A stretch of 64,000 nucleotides of DNA from contig OZ241362.1 in assembly GCA_965200315.1 (NCBI GenBank), positions 2,176,001-2,240,000 on the forward strand, read 5' to 3'. The notes beneath the pieces are model-generated. The model made no database searches and was not told the origin of the DNA. It was given only the letters and a program-made list of their open reading frames with translations. This document shows positions 1 through 8,865 of this stretch, piece after piece. This DNA is from Candidatus Latescibacterota bacterium. GTDB taxonomy: Bacteria; Latescibacterota; UBA2968; UBA8231. The position numbers and the translations under genes were made by a program. How positions within the stretch are numbered: position 1 is the stretch's first letter; every line of letters starts with the position of its first letter.

Positions 1-847
1 CCGCGAGGGTGCGCTTGACCAAGACCCCGACGAGATGGGTGCGGAACTCGGCTGGGCCACGCATATCGGAAATCGGGCGAGCCGCGCTCTGGGCTGCGGC
101 TGCGGCCGCGGCAATGGCCTCGTCTGAAACGGCTTGACCCGCTAGGCTATCGCCGGCCTCGCGCGCGAAAATCGGCGTGGGCCCGACCGCGGCGAGCGCT
201 ATACGCGCGGCCTTAAACTCCTTGCCGCGATTGGCCAAGGTAACATGGGAGGACACTCCGACGACGGCGATGTCCATCTCGTTGCGCGGAATGAAGCGCT
301 GATAGTGAGAGCCCGTGTTCTTTTTGGCAATCGGCATCTGGAGAGCAACCAAGAGCTCGCCGGGCGCGAGCACGCTACGGCCCGGAGCCGTGCAAAAATC
401 TTCTACCGCGACTTGACGCCGGCCGGCCGGCCCGGCGATGTGGCACACGGCCGAGTGGGTAATCAGGCTGGGAATGGTGTCCGCACTCGGAGAGGCGTTG
501 CACAAATTGCCGCCAAAGGTGGCGCGGCCCTGTATTTGGATACCGCCGATGATGGCGGCCGAATCGACGAGCCCAGGGTAGCGATCGACGATTTCGGGGT
601 CATTGTAGATGCGCCAGCAGGACACGGCCGCGCCGATGACCAAACCCCGGCGGGGGCCGTAGGAAAGCTCATTGGCCTCGGGGACGTTCTTGATGTCGAT
701 GACGCAGTCGGGCGTAAATCGCTTTCCGCGCAACTGGACGAGCAAGTCGGTGCCGCCAGCGAGGACGCGGGCGGCCGCGCCCTTCTCGGCCTTGAGGGCC
801 ACGGCCTCGCGCAATGTGCTGGGAGCGCAGTATGCAAAATCTTTCAA
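1..847 (-). CDS. Xanthine/CO dehydrogenase family FAD-binding (medium) subunit, CoxM/CutM-like; 3' end runs off the window
   Basis: Not in the ORF track. Manual minus-strand translation from TTG at 847 gives MKDFAYCAPSTLREAVALKAEKGAAARVLAGGTDLLVQLR, followed later by ATFGGNLCNASPSADT; AGGTD and TxGGN are the FAD-subunit motifs. GGAGG RBS at 854-858. Confidence 0.9.
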   Translation of the reverse strand, partial: MKDFAYCAPSTLREAVALKAEKGAAARVLAGGTDLLVQLRGKRFTPDCVIDIKNVPEANELSYGPRRGLVIGAAVSCWRIYNDPEIVDRYPGLVDSAAIIGGIQIQGRATFGGNLCNASPSADTIPSLITHSAVCHIAGPAGRRQVAVEDFCTAPGRSVLAPGELLVALQMPIAKKNTGSHYQRFIPRNEMDIAVVGVSSHVTLANRGKEFKAARIALAAVGPTPIFAREAGDSLAGQAVSDEAIAAAAAAAQSAARPISDMRGPAEFRTHLVGVLVKRTLA

Positions 848-893
848 GGAAAACCTCCTCGCTTGTAAGTAGTGATCGCTTAGTTTGCGCCTA

Positions 894-922
894 ATTATGG
901 CCTGCTCCATCTCCGCTGTCAA
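894..922 (-). promoter_or_regulatory. Sigma70-type promoter (TTGACA-17-CATAAT) upstream of the FAD-subunit gene
   Basis: Reverse complement reads TTGACA gcggagatggagcaggc CATAAT with a 17-nt spacer. Confidence 0.7.
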
Positions 923-1018
923 GAGCGGCAAAAGAGGCCGGATAGCTGGATTTTTCTCGGAGAAATCCTCGGCGTGAGGTGCTTCAATCCGCGGGCGACT
1001 GAGCCGACGGGATGCGTC

Positions 1019-2824
1019 CTAAGGCAGCTTCATCATCTTCTTGGTTTCCACGCGCCCATCCACCTCGACCCGATAGAGATACACGCCGGCGGCCACATCC
1101 CGGCCCACCTCGTCGCGACCATCCCAAGTAAACCGATGGGTACCCACCCGCAACGACCCCTGCCACAACGGCCGCACCCAACGACCCAGCACGTCGTACA
1201 CCGCCAGCGACACCCCGGCCGCGTCCGTCACCAAATCGAGGGGAATCACCACAGCCGGATTAAACGGATTGGGATAGCTGTCGCCCAGCCGATACTGCGC
1301 CGGCACAGCACCCACTGCCATCCTCACCGCCGTCGGCTGCCCAACCCCTGAATTCTCGAGCAGATGCACGCCGCCCAAGGTCGGGTCTAACACCACTAAG
1401 TCCAGATCGCCGTCGGCATCGACATCGCCGGGCAGCACCCTAGTTCCATCACCAGCCAAGCGATGCGTTTCCCCTTCTTGGGTCGGATTCAAGCCGCCAC
1501 CCCACTCGACAAACACCCCAAATCCCGATGCCCGGTTGCCGCCGACAAATACCCAATCATCTATCCCGTCGGCATTCAAATCGCGCACCACCACCGGTGA
1601 ACGCACAAACAAATGCTCATCGTACAGCACCTTCAGCACCTCTGCGGACAGCCTTTGCACAGCGAGTCCCATATCCCCTTCATAGGAATTGCGTTGGAGT
1701 TCCACGAGCATCTCCTGCTGCTCATCTCCGTCAAAATCGCCCATAGAACTATTCATGCTGTAGTACAAATCGAAGAGCGATTCGAGGTCGTCTGGACTCA
1801 TCGTAAGTACCTCTTCTTCGAGATTCTCCCCGATAGACCAAATCGCTATTTCGGAGCCTGCTCTTATCATAATCTCGTCTTGGCCATCGCCATCCATATC
1901 GTGGGCGAGCATAACCCAAAATCCGTCTTGGTCATACCCGATGCGCGCGATTTCAAAGGCTCCACTGCCATCATTGAGGGCCATGACCCAGCCCCAAGGC
2001 GGTCTATAGCCAGAGGAGGGATCACCTTGATAGGGGGCAAATCTAGCAGAGAAAAGGTCTAAGTCGCCATCGCCATCCAAGTCGGTCAAGACGCCACTCC
2101 CCCATCCAAAACCCCCTAAACCCGGTGTAATCGGATAGAACACCGGTGGCGCAAAAAGACCGGGGCCATCAAAGTAAAAATACTCTACATGCGGCCGGGC
2201 TAATTCGCCCTGCGAGCGCTCTTCAGGGCCAGTCAACTCGATCCAGTCGATCTCAAAGCACCCGACCACCTCATCCACCGACCGGGGCTCCTCCGCTTCG
2301 TTGTGATCCAACCTAAAGAGCAGCCGAATATCCCGTAAAAGCCCCTCCCATACGATCTCATCTTGGCCAGAGAGGGTAAACTCTACTTCCTGCCATTCGG
2401 TCGTGTAGGCGAAGTCTATAAAGGGGATCGAAAATCGGTTTTCTGACGGCCCTTCTGGATCGAGTCCTGGTGCCGCGAGGTTGTGCTCATTGGTCCAAGC
2501 AAACCAAATGCGCCCTACCGTAGGGCGATCATGCACGGTGCGGAACCGGACCCGCACCCGGTCAAACAGGTGCGAGTCGTAGCCGATGATATAAGAAATC
2601 AATTCCACACTCGAAACAGGATTGCCTTTGCCCACCATCGAAGGCGAGACATCGACCCTCCACACGCCATCTTCGACCTCCCCTCGAAACAGATTAAAAA
2701 TTAACCCGCCCAGAGCACTTTTGGCAGCCCATCCTTGCGTCGTTCCGTCGTCGAAATCCCACTTGACCGCCTCGGCGAGGCCGCTCCATAACACTAAGCA
2801 TCCAACGACGGCGAGCTTCAACAC
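1019..2824 (-). CDS. Secreted FG-GAP/VCBS-repeat protein with C-terminal FlgD-Ig / T9SS type A-like sorting domain
   Basis: Signal peptide; DLDGDGDLD, DMDGDGQDE and DVDADGDLD repeats; C-terminus SYPNPFNP...WDGRDEVGRDVAAGVYLYR...TKKMMKLP. Confidence 0.8.
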   Translation of the reverse strand: MLKLAVVGCLVLWSGLAEAVKWDFDDGTTQGWAAKSALGGLIFNLFRGEVEDGVWRVDVSPSMVGKGNPVSSVELISYIIGYDSHLFDRVRVRFRTVHDRPTVGRIWFAWTNEHNLAAPGLDPEGPSENRFSIPFIDFAYTTEWQEVEFTLSGQDEIVWEGLLRDIRLLFRLDHNEAEEPRSVDEVVGCFEIDWIELTGPEERSQGELARPHVEYFYFDGPGLFAPPVFYPITPGLGGFGWGSGVLTDLDGDGDLDLFSARFAPYQGDPSSGYRPPWGWVMALNDGSGAFEIARIGYDQDGFWVMLAHDMDGDGQDEIMIRAGSEIAIWSIGENLEEEVLTMSPDDLESLFDLYYSMNSSMGDFDGDEQQEMLVELQRNSYEGDMGLAVQRLSAEVLKVLYDEHLFVRSPVVVRDLNADGIDDWVFVGGNRASGFGVFVEWGGGLNPTQEGETHRLAGDGTRVLPGDVDADGDLDLVVLDPTLGGVHLLENSGVGQPTAVRMAVGAVPAQYRLGDSYPNPFNPAVVIPLDLVTDAAGVSLAVYDVLGRWVRPLWQGSLRVGTHRFTWDGRDEVGRDVAAGVYLYRVEVDGRVETKKMMKLP

Positions 2825-2919
2825 GACAGCACCTCCATAGAAATTTCCACAAGACGGCCAGTCTGATTCCAGCGAGTACTAAATTTTGGCCAGCGACAGA
2901 CCGCATCCATAGCTTCTCA

Positions 2920-3795
2920 TCAATCGCTCCCCACCCCCGCTTCCAAGCTCCAATAGACCGTTTCGATCCAGCGCTGCGCTGGCACGAAAGACCACGCCCA
3001 CGACGCCCATTGAGGGTCGAGTCCCTCGGCGCTTATTTGGTCGAGCGACATGCCCGCACTCCGGAGTGTGCGCACGCTATCCGTAGTTTCCACCAACATG
3101 CGGTGGTAAGCCTTCAAGTCGTCGAGTGTGGCAACCGGGCCGTGGCCGGGGATGATTTTGGTGTCCGCGGGAAGCTGGTCAATGAGCGCGGCGATGTGTT
3201 GCGTCAGGGTCTCGACATCGCCGCCGTACTCTAGATCGACAAAGGGGAAAAGGCCATTGAAGAACAGGTCGCCAAGATGGACGACCTCGGCGTTGACAAA
3301 GAATACGGCGATGTCCCCGTCGGTATGGGCGCGAGGGAAGTGAACGGCGCGGATTTCCTCGCCATTGAAGAACACAGACACCGACTGCTCAAACGCAATC
3401 ACTGGTAAGGCAACCGCCGGCGCAGGCTCAATGTGCCGCTTGCCAAACTCACCACCCGTCGCCAAGCGTTTGCGGACGTTGGCGTGGGCCAAAATCGCGG
3501 CGTGCTGGCCAAAGGCGCGGTTGCCGCCGGTGTGGTCACCGTGAAAATGCGTGTTGAAGATGTACTGGGGCTGACCGACAAAACGAGACAGCGCGGTGCG
3601 CACCTCATCAGCCTGCGACGCCAGTTTGTCATCTACCAAAAGAATGCCGTCGTCGCCGACGCAAACCCCTACGTTGCCGCCACCGCCTTGCAGCACATAC
3701 ACTGCGTCGCTGAGCTGATGGAGCGACAACTCGGCGGTCGCTGGGCCAGTAGCTAACAGTGTTGCGATTAATGAGCAAGCCTGTAAGAAGCGCAT
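2920..3795 (-). CDS. Secreted MBL-fold metallo-hydrolase (cyclase-like subgroup)
   Basis: Signal peptide; THFHGDH, AHTDGD, GDL and IPGHG metallo-beta-lactamase motifs. Confidence 0.88.
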   Translation of the reverse strand: MRFLQACSLIATLLATGPATAELSLHQLSDAVYVLQGGGGNVGVCVGDDGILLVDDKLASQADEVRTALSRFVGQPQYIFNTHFHGDHTGGNRAFGQHAAILAHANVRKRLATGGEFGKRHIEPAPAVALPVIAFEQSVSVFFNGEEIRAVHFPRAHTDGDIAVFFVNAEVVHLGDLFFNGLFPFVDLEYGGDVETLTQHIAALIDQLPADTKIIPGHGPVATLDDLKAYHRMLVETTDSVRTLRSAGMSLDQISAEGLDPQWASWAWSFVPAQRWIETVYWSLEAGVGSD

Positions 3796-3816
3796 GGTTC
3801 TTTACCTCTGTGATTA

Positions 3817-3917
3817 ACTGACATGATGCTGCGCTCCGCATGACAACATGGGCGTCCTCGCCTGTCCTGCGGAGCGCAGCCAAGCATCTCATACCCGGAC
3901 CTGTGCGTAACATCAGT
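3817..3917. mobile_element. MITE-like insertion with ACTG...CAGT ends and 5-bp target duplication GATTA
   Basis: GATTA at 3812-3816 and 3918-3922; right end TGCGTAACATCAGT matches the element at 28615-28806; internal perfect 13-bp inverted repeat GCTGCGCTCCGCA/TGCGGAGCGCAGC. Confidence 0.65.
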
Positions 3918-3925
3918 GATTAAAG

Positions 3926-5557
3926 TCACGGATCGCTGTTTCTTTCTTCTATCGTTATGTAGCGATTGACCGGCAGATCAGTAAAAATTTCGCAGTGCTG
4001 ATCGGGCCAGCGCACTTCGAGCGTATCGACTCGCTTGACGCGCCCCAGCCCGAAGTGGAGGCGGCGGTCTTCACTGGAGAGGAAACTGCTGCCGCAGATG
4101 AGGTCGCGAATCTGCGTCCGCTTGCCAGCGACGAGTCGCGCTCGGGTGCCAACGCCATCGCGGTTGCCGCGCGTACCAACCAAGCGCAAACCCAACCAAT
4201 TCCGCCGGTTGCCCACATCGTTCCGCAACAGCGAGGGCCGATCGTCGAGATTGGCCACGAAAACGTCCAAGTCGCCGTCGTTGTCAAAGTCGAGCACGTT
4301 GGCTCCGCGACTGACGCCGGGCACCTCAAAGCCGAGCGCGACCTGCGTAAACGTCCCATCGCCAACATTGGCAAAAAGCTGATTGGGCTGGGCGTATGCA
4401 CTGCCGCTGCCGGCGCGGTCAATCTGCGGGTACACATGGCCGTTGGCCACCAACAGATCGAGATCGCCATCGTGGTCAAAGTCAAAAAAACCCGCGCCAA
4501 ACCCCACGTGCGCCCATCCCGCACGCCCCAATCCAACTTCCGCGCTGACATCCGCAAAGGTGCCGTCGCCTTCGTTGCGATAGAGGGTATTGTACTCGTC
4601 TGCAAAATGCGTGGCGAACACATCGGGGCGTCCGTCGTTGTCGTAGTCGCCCCAAGCCACCCCCATACTCGCTTGGATTTGTCCGCTGCGGCTGTATGCC
4701 AAGCGGGCCGGGAGGGAGCGGTCTGTAAAGCGGCCATCGCCGCGATTGCGATAAAAAAAGTTCGGGCTAGAATCGTTGGCCACGAACAGATCGGGCCAGC
4801 CATCGGCGTCCGCATCCGCAAACAGGACGCCCAACCCATAGCCCGGGGAAGGGTGGTTAAGGCGCGCCCAAGCGGTGATGTCGGCAAACTCGCCGCCATC
4901 GTTGCGATAAAACACATCCGCAGCCCCCACCAATCCCCTCGGGCCGATGAAAACCTCCACCCCCTTCCATTGCGCCCCCAAACGTTTAACCTCAGTCGAA
5001 TCGAATACCGCATAGCTCGCCACGTACAGGTCGAGGTCGCCGTCGCGGTCGTAGTCGGCCCAAGCTGCGCCCGTGCTCCAATCGGACGCGGCCACGCCAG
5101 CCCCTGCGGCCACCTCGACAAAGTGGTCGCCATCGTTGCGGAAGAGCAGATTCTCCCGCAATTGCGTCGCGTACAGGTCCTGGTCGCCATCGTTGTCAAA
5201 GTCCGCGCTAGTCGCCCCCATGCCCCAGCCGCGCCCTGCGGCCCCGAGCGCCTCGCCCACCTCGACAAAGCCGGCCGGGCCATCGTTGCGAAAGAGCGCA
5301 TGGCCACCGCCTTTGCCATTGACCCAGTACAGGTCTTGGTCGCCGTCGCGGTCAAAATCGAGCGCGGCCGTGCCGCCGCCTTTGGCCTCGGGGATGTAGC
5401 CCTTTTCCAAGCTGCCGCTCGTGTGGACGCGAGTCAGGCCGAGATCAGCGGCCACATCGACGAAGGGCACGAGCGACTCGGCGGCGGCGCAGCACGTCCA
5501 CAGGATGGTTGTGCAGAAGCCGCCGGCTAATTTCCACTTGCCGCGATCCAAGCTCAT
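3926..5557 (-). CDS. CRTAC1-family protein (FG-GAP/VCBS repeats plus ASPIC/UnbV domain)
   Basis: Multiple DxDxDGDxD repeats; C-terminal NRDGVG...SFLSSEDRRLHFGLG...EVRWP ASPIC/UnbV signature. Confidence 0.9.
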   Translation of the reverse strand: MSLDRGKWKLAGGFCTTILWTCCAAAESLVPFVDVAADLGLTRVHTSGSLEKGYIPEAKGGGTAALDFDRDGDQDLYWVNGKGGGHALFRNDGPAGFVEVGEALGAAGRGWGMGATSADFDNDGDQDLYATQLRENLLFRNDGDHFVEVAAGAGVAASDWSTGAAWADYDRDGDLDLYVASYAVFDSTEVKRLGAQWKGVEVFIGPRGLVGAADVFYRNDGGEFADITAWARLNHPSPGYGLGVLFADADADGWPDLFVANDSSPNFFYRNRGDGRFTDRSLPARLAYSRSGQIQASMGVAWGDYDNDGRPDVFATHFADEYNTLYRNEGDGTFADVSAEVGLGRAGWAHVGFGAGFFDFDHDGDLDLLVANGHVYPQIDRAGSGSAYAQPNQLFANVGDGTFTQVALGFEVPGVSRGANVLDFDNDGDLDVFVANLDDRPSLLRNDVGNRRNWLGLRLVGTRGNRDGVGTRARLVAGKRTQIRDLICGSSFLSSEDRRLHFGLGRVKRVDTLEVRWPDQHCEIFTDLPVNRYITIEERNSDP

Positions 5558-5573
5558 CCGTATATCCTAGTAC

Positions 5574-6263
5574 ATGACTACGACATTGACCCAAAACGAC
5601 TCTGAATCCCTCGTGAGTCGCATCATTGAAGAGTTGCGAGCCAACCCCGAAGCTCAGGCCCTATTACTGCGGGCCTTGCTCACCGACGAATTTCTCGGTA
5701 TGCCCATACGCCTCAAGCGCGTAGAAGCCGATGTCGCCCAACTCAAAGTTGACGTCTCAGTGCTCAAAACCGATGTCGCCCAACTCAAAACCGATGTCGC
5801 CCAACTCAAAACCGATGTCGCCCAACTTAAGGGGGACAGTTTAGAAGTGAAACTCTACCGGCGGATTCGTCCGTTACTCAGTCAGCGGTTCAACCTGCGC
5901 CGGGGCCAGATAATGCAAGGTAGCCTGCAAGATCCCAGACCGGATTTTTTTGAACCGGTTGAAAAGGCTTTTGACGCGGGGGTTATTACGGACGCACAGG
6001 AAGTTCGGATCAGTGCTACGGATCTGATTATTCGCGCACAGCGCAAGGAGGACTTGGCGGTGGTGTGGGTGGCAGTGGAGGTGTCCAATCAAATCGGGCA
6101 GCGCGACATTGATCGGGGGCGCGAGTCGGCTGACGCCCTGAGCGCGATCTTCCAACAGGAGGCCCTCGCTGTGGTCATCGGCTATCGCATCCATGCACAG
6201 GACCAAAGGCGCGCAGAGCGAGCCGCTGTGCATGTCCTCCGCGTCGAGGAGACGAGGGACTAA
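5574..6263 (+). CDS. Hypothetical protein with heptad coiled-coil repeat and putative PD-(D/E)XK-like C-terminal domain
   Basis: DVAQLKT repeats, then TDLII...VAVEVS resembling a restriction-endonuclease-like fold. Confidence 0.6.
   Translation: MTTTLTQNDSESLVSRIIEELRANPEAQALLLRALLTDEFLGMPIRLKRVEADVAQLKVDVSVLKTDVAQLKTDVAQLKTDVAQLKGDSLEVKLYRRIRPLLSQRFNLRRGQIMQGSLQDPRPDFFEPVEKAFDAGVITDAQEVRISATDLIIRAQRKEDLAVVWVAVEVSNQIGQRDIDRGRESADALSAIFQQEALAVVIGYRIHAQDQRRAERAAVHVLRVEETRD
5730..5830 (+). repeat. 21-bp in-frame tandem repeat (GATGTCGCCCAACTCAAAACC), about 5 units
   Basis: Directly visible; encodes DVAQLKV DVSVLKT DVAQLKT DVAQLKT DVAQLK. Confidence 0.9.
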
Positions 6264-6289
6264 CGGGCCGACGTATAACATCCGACATC

Positions 6290-8770
6290 TCAGTACGCGC
6301 TAGCGACGAGTTTGGCACTCGTCGTCTGTCCGCCTTCGGCATCTACTTCCACGCCGACGCGACACACGTACAGTCCCGGCGGTAGCAGTCGGCCCTGTTG
6401 GTCCCGCCCATCCCAAGTCAGCCGCTGAACCCCCGCGGCGGTCGCGACCGCCTGTTCAATGCGCTGTACCGACTGGCCGTCTAGGCCATAGACTTCCAGA
6501 ACCAACGCCTTGGCACCCTGCACTTGGAACACCGGAAAGACCAATTCCACCACGTCATTGATCCCGTCCCCATTGGGCGTAAACGGATTTGACGACGCAG
6601 CCACCTCGCCTAAAGCGGCCTTGGTAAAGGGCGTGAACACGGTCAGGTGGCGGCCCGCGTCGACCCGCTGCCACACTTGGTCGGCCCCTTGTCCACGACC
6701 GACTTGCACCTCAAAGGCATTGCTAACCAAGTAGAGTTCGCCAGCAAAGCGCAGCGACACGACACCCGGCCCCTGCTCAACCGGCTTGGGCAACCTCACC
6801 CACAGCGAATCCGGGCCGGTCGGCAGCCGCTCGAACTGATCGCGTCCGTACTGCTCTTCACCCACGGCTCCGTCGACCAAGTCCATCTCCGCGCCCGGCG
6901 GCAGCTCCACCAGCACTTGGTCGAACCCGCTGTTCCCGTCTTGGAACGCGGGCCGCAAGCGCAAGGTAAACGTCTGAGGTTGCCCGCGCTGAGACGCTCT
7001 GTTGGGGGCGATCTCGCCGAGAATTTGGCTGGCGAGGGGCGCGTCTAGCGCAAGGCGCAGTGAGCTTAGCAGCACGGCCGCGTCTGGATCGTCCGAGCGC
7101 AGAATAGCCTCGATCATCACGTAGCGGCGCGGACTCGGCGAGGTGATGGGCGCACCCGAGGCCGAATAAGGCAGACTCCACGGGCTCCAATCCTCACCGG
7201 GAATGATGGTGATAGTCGAATCGCCGCGCTGGAAGCTGAGCAGTTTGCGGTACTTGGCCTCGGTCACTTCTTGGCCGGTGCTCGAAAAGTAGCGGATGTT
7301 CTGGCCGAGTTGGTTCCCGCTGCGGGTGCGGACGCGCACTTGGGTGCCGGGCGGCGCATCGGCCGTCCACTGCACGGATGACAGAACGCGGGCGGCGCGC
7401 CCCAATTCGATCGGCTCAGATGTGAGCGATACCTCGGGGAGAAAGCCGCGTCCGTATAGCTGTATCTCGCGGATGGCCGGGCGGGCCGACCCCCGGACCA
7501 AGGTGTAATTCATCCTGAAGTAACGCGCCTTAGTCAGCGAAAACACATTATCCTGAAAGAGAATATTGCGATGCGCGGTTCCTTCTCCACCCTCCAGACC
7601 GCGCGCCGTCAACGCGACATAGCTCAAGCTGCCGTCCGGTGCGCGGCTGCCATCGGAAAGCGCAATCGCGTAATTGGGAAACGCTCGGCTATATCTATCG
7701 CCAAAGACGATGGCGACGCGGTTGACCCAATACCAAGTTCCCAAGTCAAAATAGATATTGCGATGCGGATCCTGAAATACAACCGCCGGATCGTTGCCGC
7801 TAAAGCCCACTTCCACACTCCAAAAGGAGCCCCACTCGCCATCTACGGTTAGCTTTTCCGCGCCCAAGTTGCCGTAGCCGATAATCTCCCCGCCGCGGTC
7901 CAAGGCACCAAGGCTAATGTTGTCGCCCGCGGTCCACACCTCGACTTCGGTCAGCCGCGGCCGCTCCCGGCGATAGTATTCGACCGGGCCTTGCCATTCC
8001 GCCGCAATGGCCTCGTATGCCGCTCGGTCTATCGGTCGCAAAACGCCGCTCGACTCGCGGCGGAAGTAGAGCACATCGCCGCGATCTTCCTCCGGTAGAC
8101 TATTCCAGCGCACGGCACTGATTTGCTCGGCTTGCCCCAAATCGCTGGCCGTCGCCACCACCTGGAGAAACTGAATCAGACGACCGGTAAGCCCCGGGTC
8201 CACTTTGCGGGTAGGCTGCAACTCAAACTCATAGACGCGCTGCGATTTGTTTAACCCCTCGCTGTGGCCGGCGGGCAGGTAGCTGAAGGATTCGCTTTGT
8301 AGGAAGGCGGGATCGCCGTTGGCGGTGAGCACCTTGAACTGGAGGAATGGATCGCCTTGGCCTTCCGCGGCGAACTTCACCAACACCTTCTGAGCCCACA
8401 CCAGCCGCCCCAAGTCGATTTCGATCCACCACTTGTCGAGTGGGTCCGCCAAGTCCGGTTCCCAGAAGGTATCCTCCCGGCCATCTAAGATATTGGCGGC
8501 CCCCGTTAGGCCGGTTCCAGCACTGCGGATGCCGCCCTGCGCCCCATCTCCATAGGTGAACGCGCTGGCGTCCAAGGCGGCGTTGACCTGATCGCGGACA
8601 AAGGCGGGCTGGACGCCTTCATCGCTGAAGTCCAAGCTGCCCGGCGGAAAGCCCCACTCCGGCCAGTGCTCCGGAGCGACGTTCAACTCCTTCGCGTCGA
8701 GTTGGTACGCTTGGCACCACACCGCCGATGCCGTCAGCAGGATTGTCCCTACAATCGCAACGCTTTTCAT
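6290..8770 (-). CDS. Secreted discoidin-like domain protein with C-terminal FlgD-Ig / gliding-motility (type B CTD-like) domain, long form
   Basis: Signal peptide; ANILDGREDTFW, WIEIDLGR, WSPWS, SPSPRRY and NPFTPNGDGIND...WDGRD...PPGLY motifs; ends ASAY. Confidence 0.8.
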   Translation of the reverse strand: MKSVAIVGTILLTASAVWCQAYQLDAKELNVAPEHWPEWGFPPGSLDFSDEGVQPAFVRDQVNAALDASAFTYGDGAQGGIRSAGTGLTGAANILDGREDTFWEPDLADPLDKWWIEIDLGRLVWAQKVLVKFAAEGQGDPFLQFKVLTANGDPAFLQSESFSYLPAGHSEGLNKSQRVYEFELQPTRKVDPGLTGRLIQFLQVVATASDLGQAEQISAVRWNSLPEEDRGDVLYFRRESSGVLRPIDRAAYEAIAAEWQGPVEYYRRERPRLTEVEVWTAGDNISLGALDRGGEIIGYGNLGAEKLTVDGEWGSFWSVEVGFSGNDPAVVFQDPHRNIYFDLGTWYWVNRVAIVFGDRYSRAFPNYAIALSDGSRAPDGSLSYVALTARGLEGGEGTAHRNILFQDNVFSLTKARYFRMNYTLVRGSARPAIREIQLYGRGFLPEVSLTSEPIELGRAARVLSSVQWTADAPPGTQVRVRTRSGNQLGQNIRYFSSTGQEVTEAKYRKLLSFQRGDSTITIIPGEDWSPWSLPYSASGAPITSPSPRRYVMIEAILRSDDPDAAVLLSSLRLALDAPLASQILGEIAPNRASQRGQPQTFTLRLRPAFQDGNSGFDQVLVELPPGAEMDLVDGAVGEEQYGRDQFERLPTGPDSLWVRLPKPVEQGPGVVSLRFAGELYLVSNAFEVQVGRGQGADQVWQRVDAGRHLTVFTPFTKAALGEVAASSNPFTPNGDGINDVVELVFPVFQVQGAKALVLEVYGLDGQSVQRIEQAVATAAGVQRLTWDGRDQQGRLLPPGLYVCRVGVEVDAEGGQTTSAKLVASAY

Positions 8771-8788
8771 GCAGCACCTAATGGGAAT

Positions 8789-8865
8789 CAGTGGTCAGTG
8801 ATTCAGTGGTTGGTTTCCCTAGCACCACTTCCGGGGGGCGGGTCGTGCCTGACCACTAACCACTA
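8789..8865. repeat. Heptamer (CAGTGGT-like) short tandem repeats in inverted arrangement
   Basis: CAGTGGTCAGTG...CAGTGGT followed by CTGACCACTAACCACTA; same family at 41615-41663. Confidence 0.6.

Noticed and set aside
245-868. 207-aa plus-strand ORF from the track
   Set aside because: Antisense shadow of the FAD-subunit gene, which has clear motifs, RBS and promoter on the minus strand.
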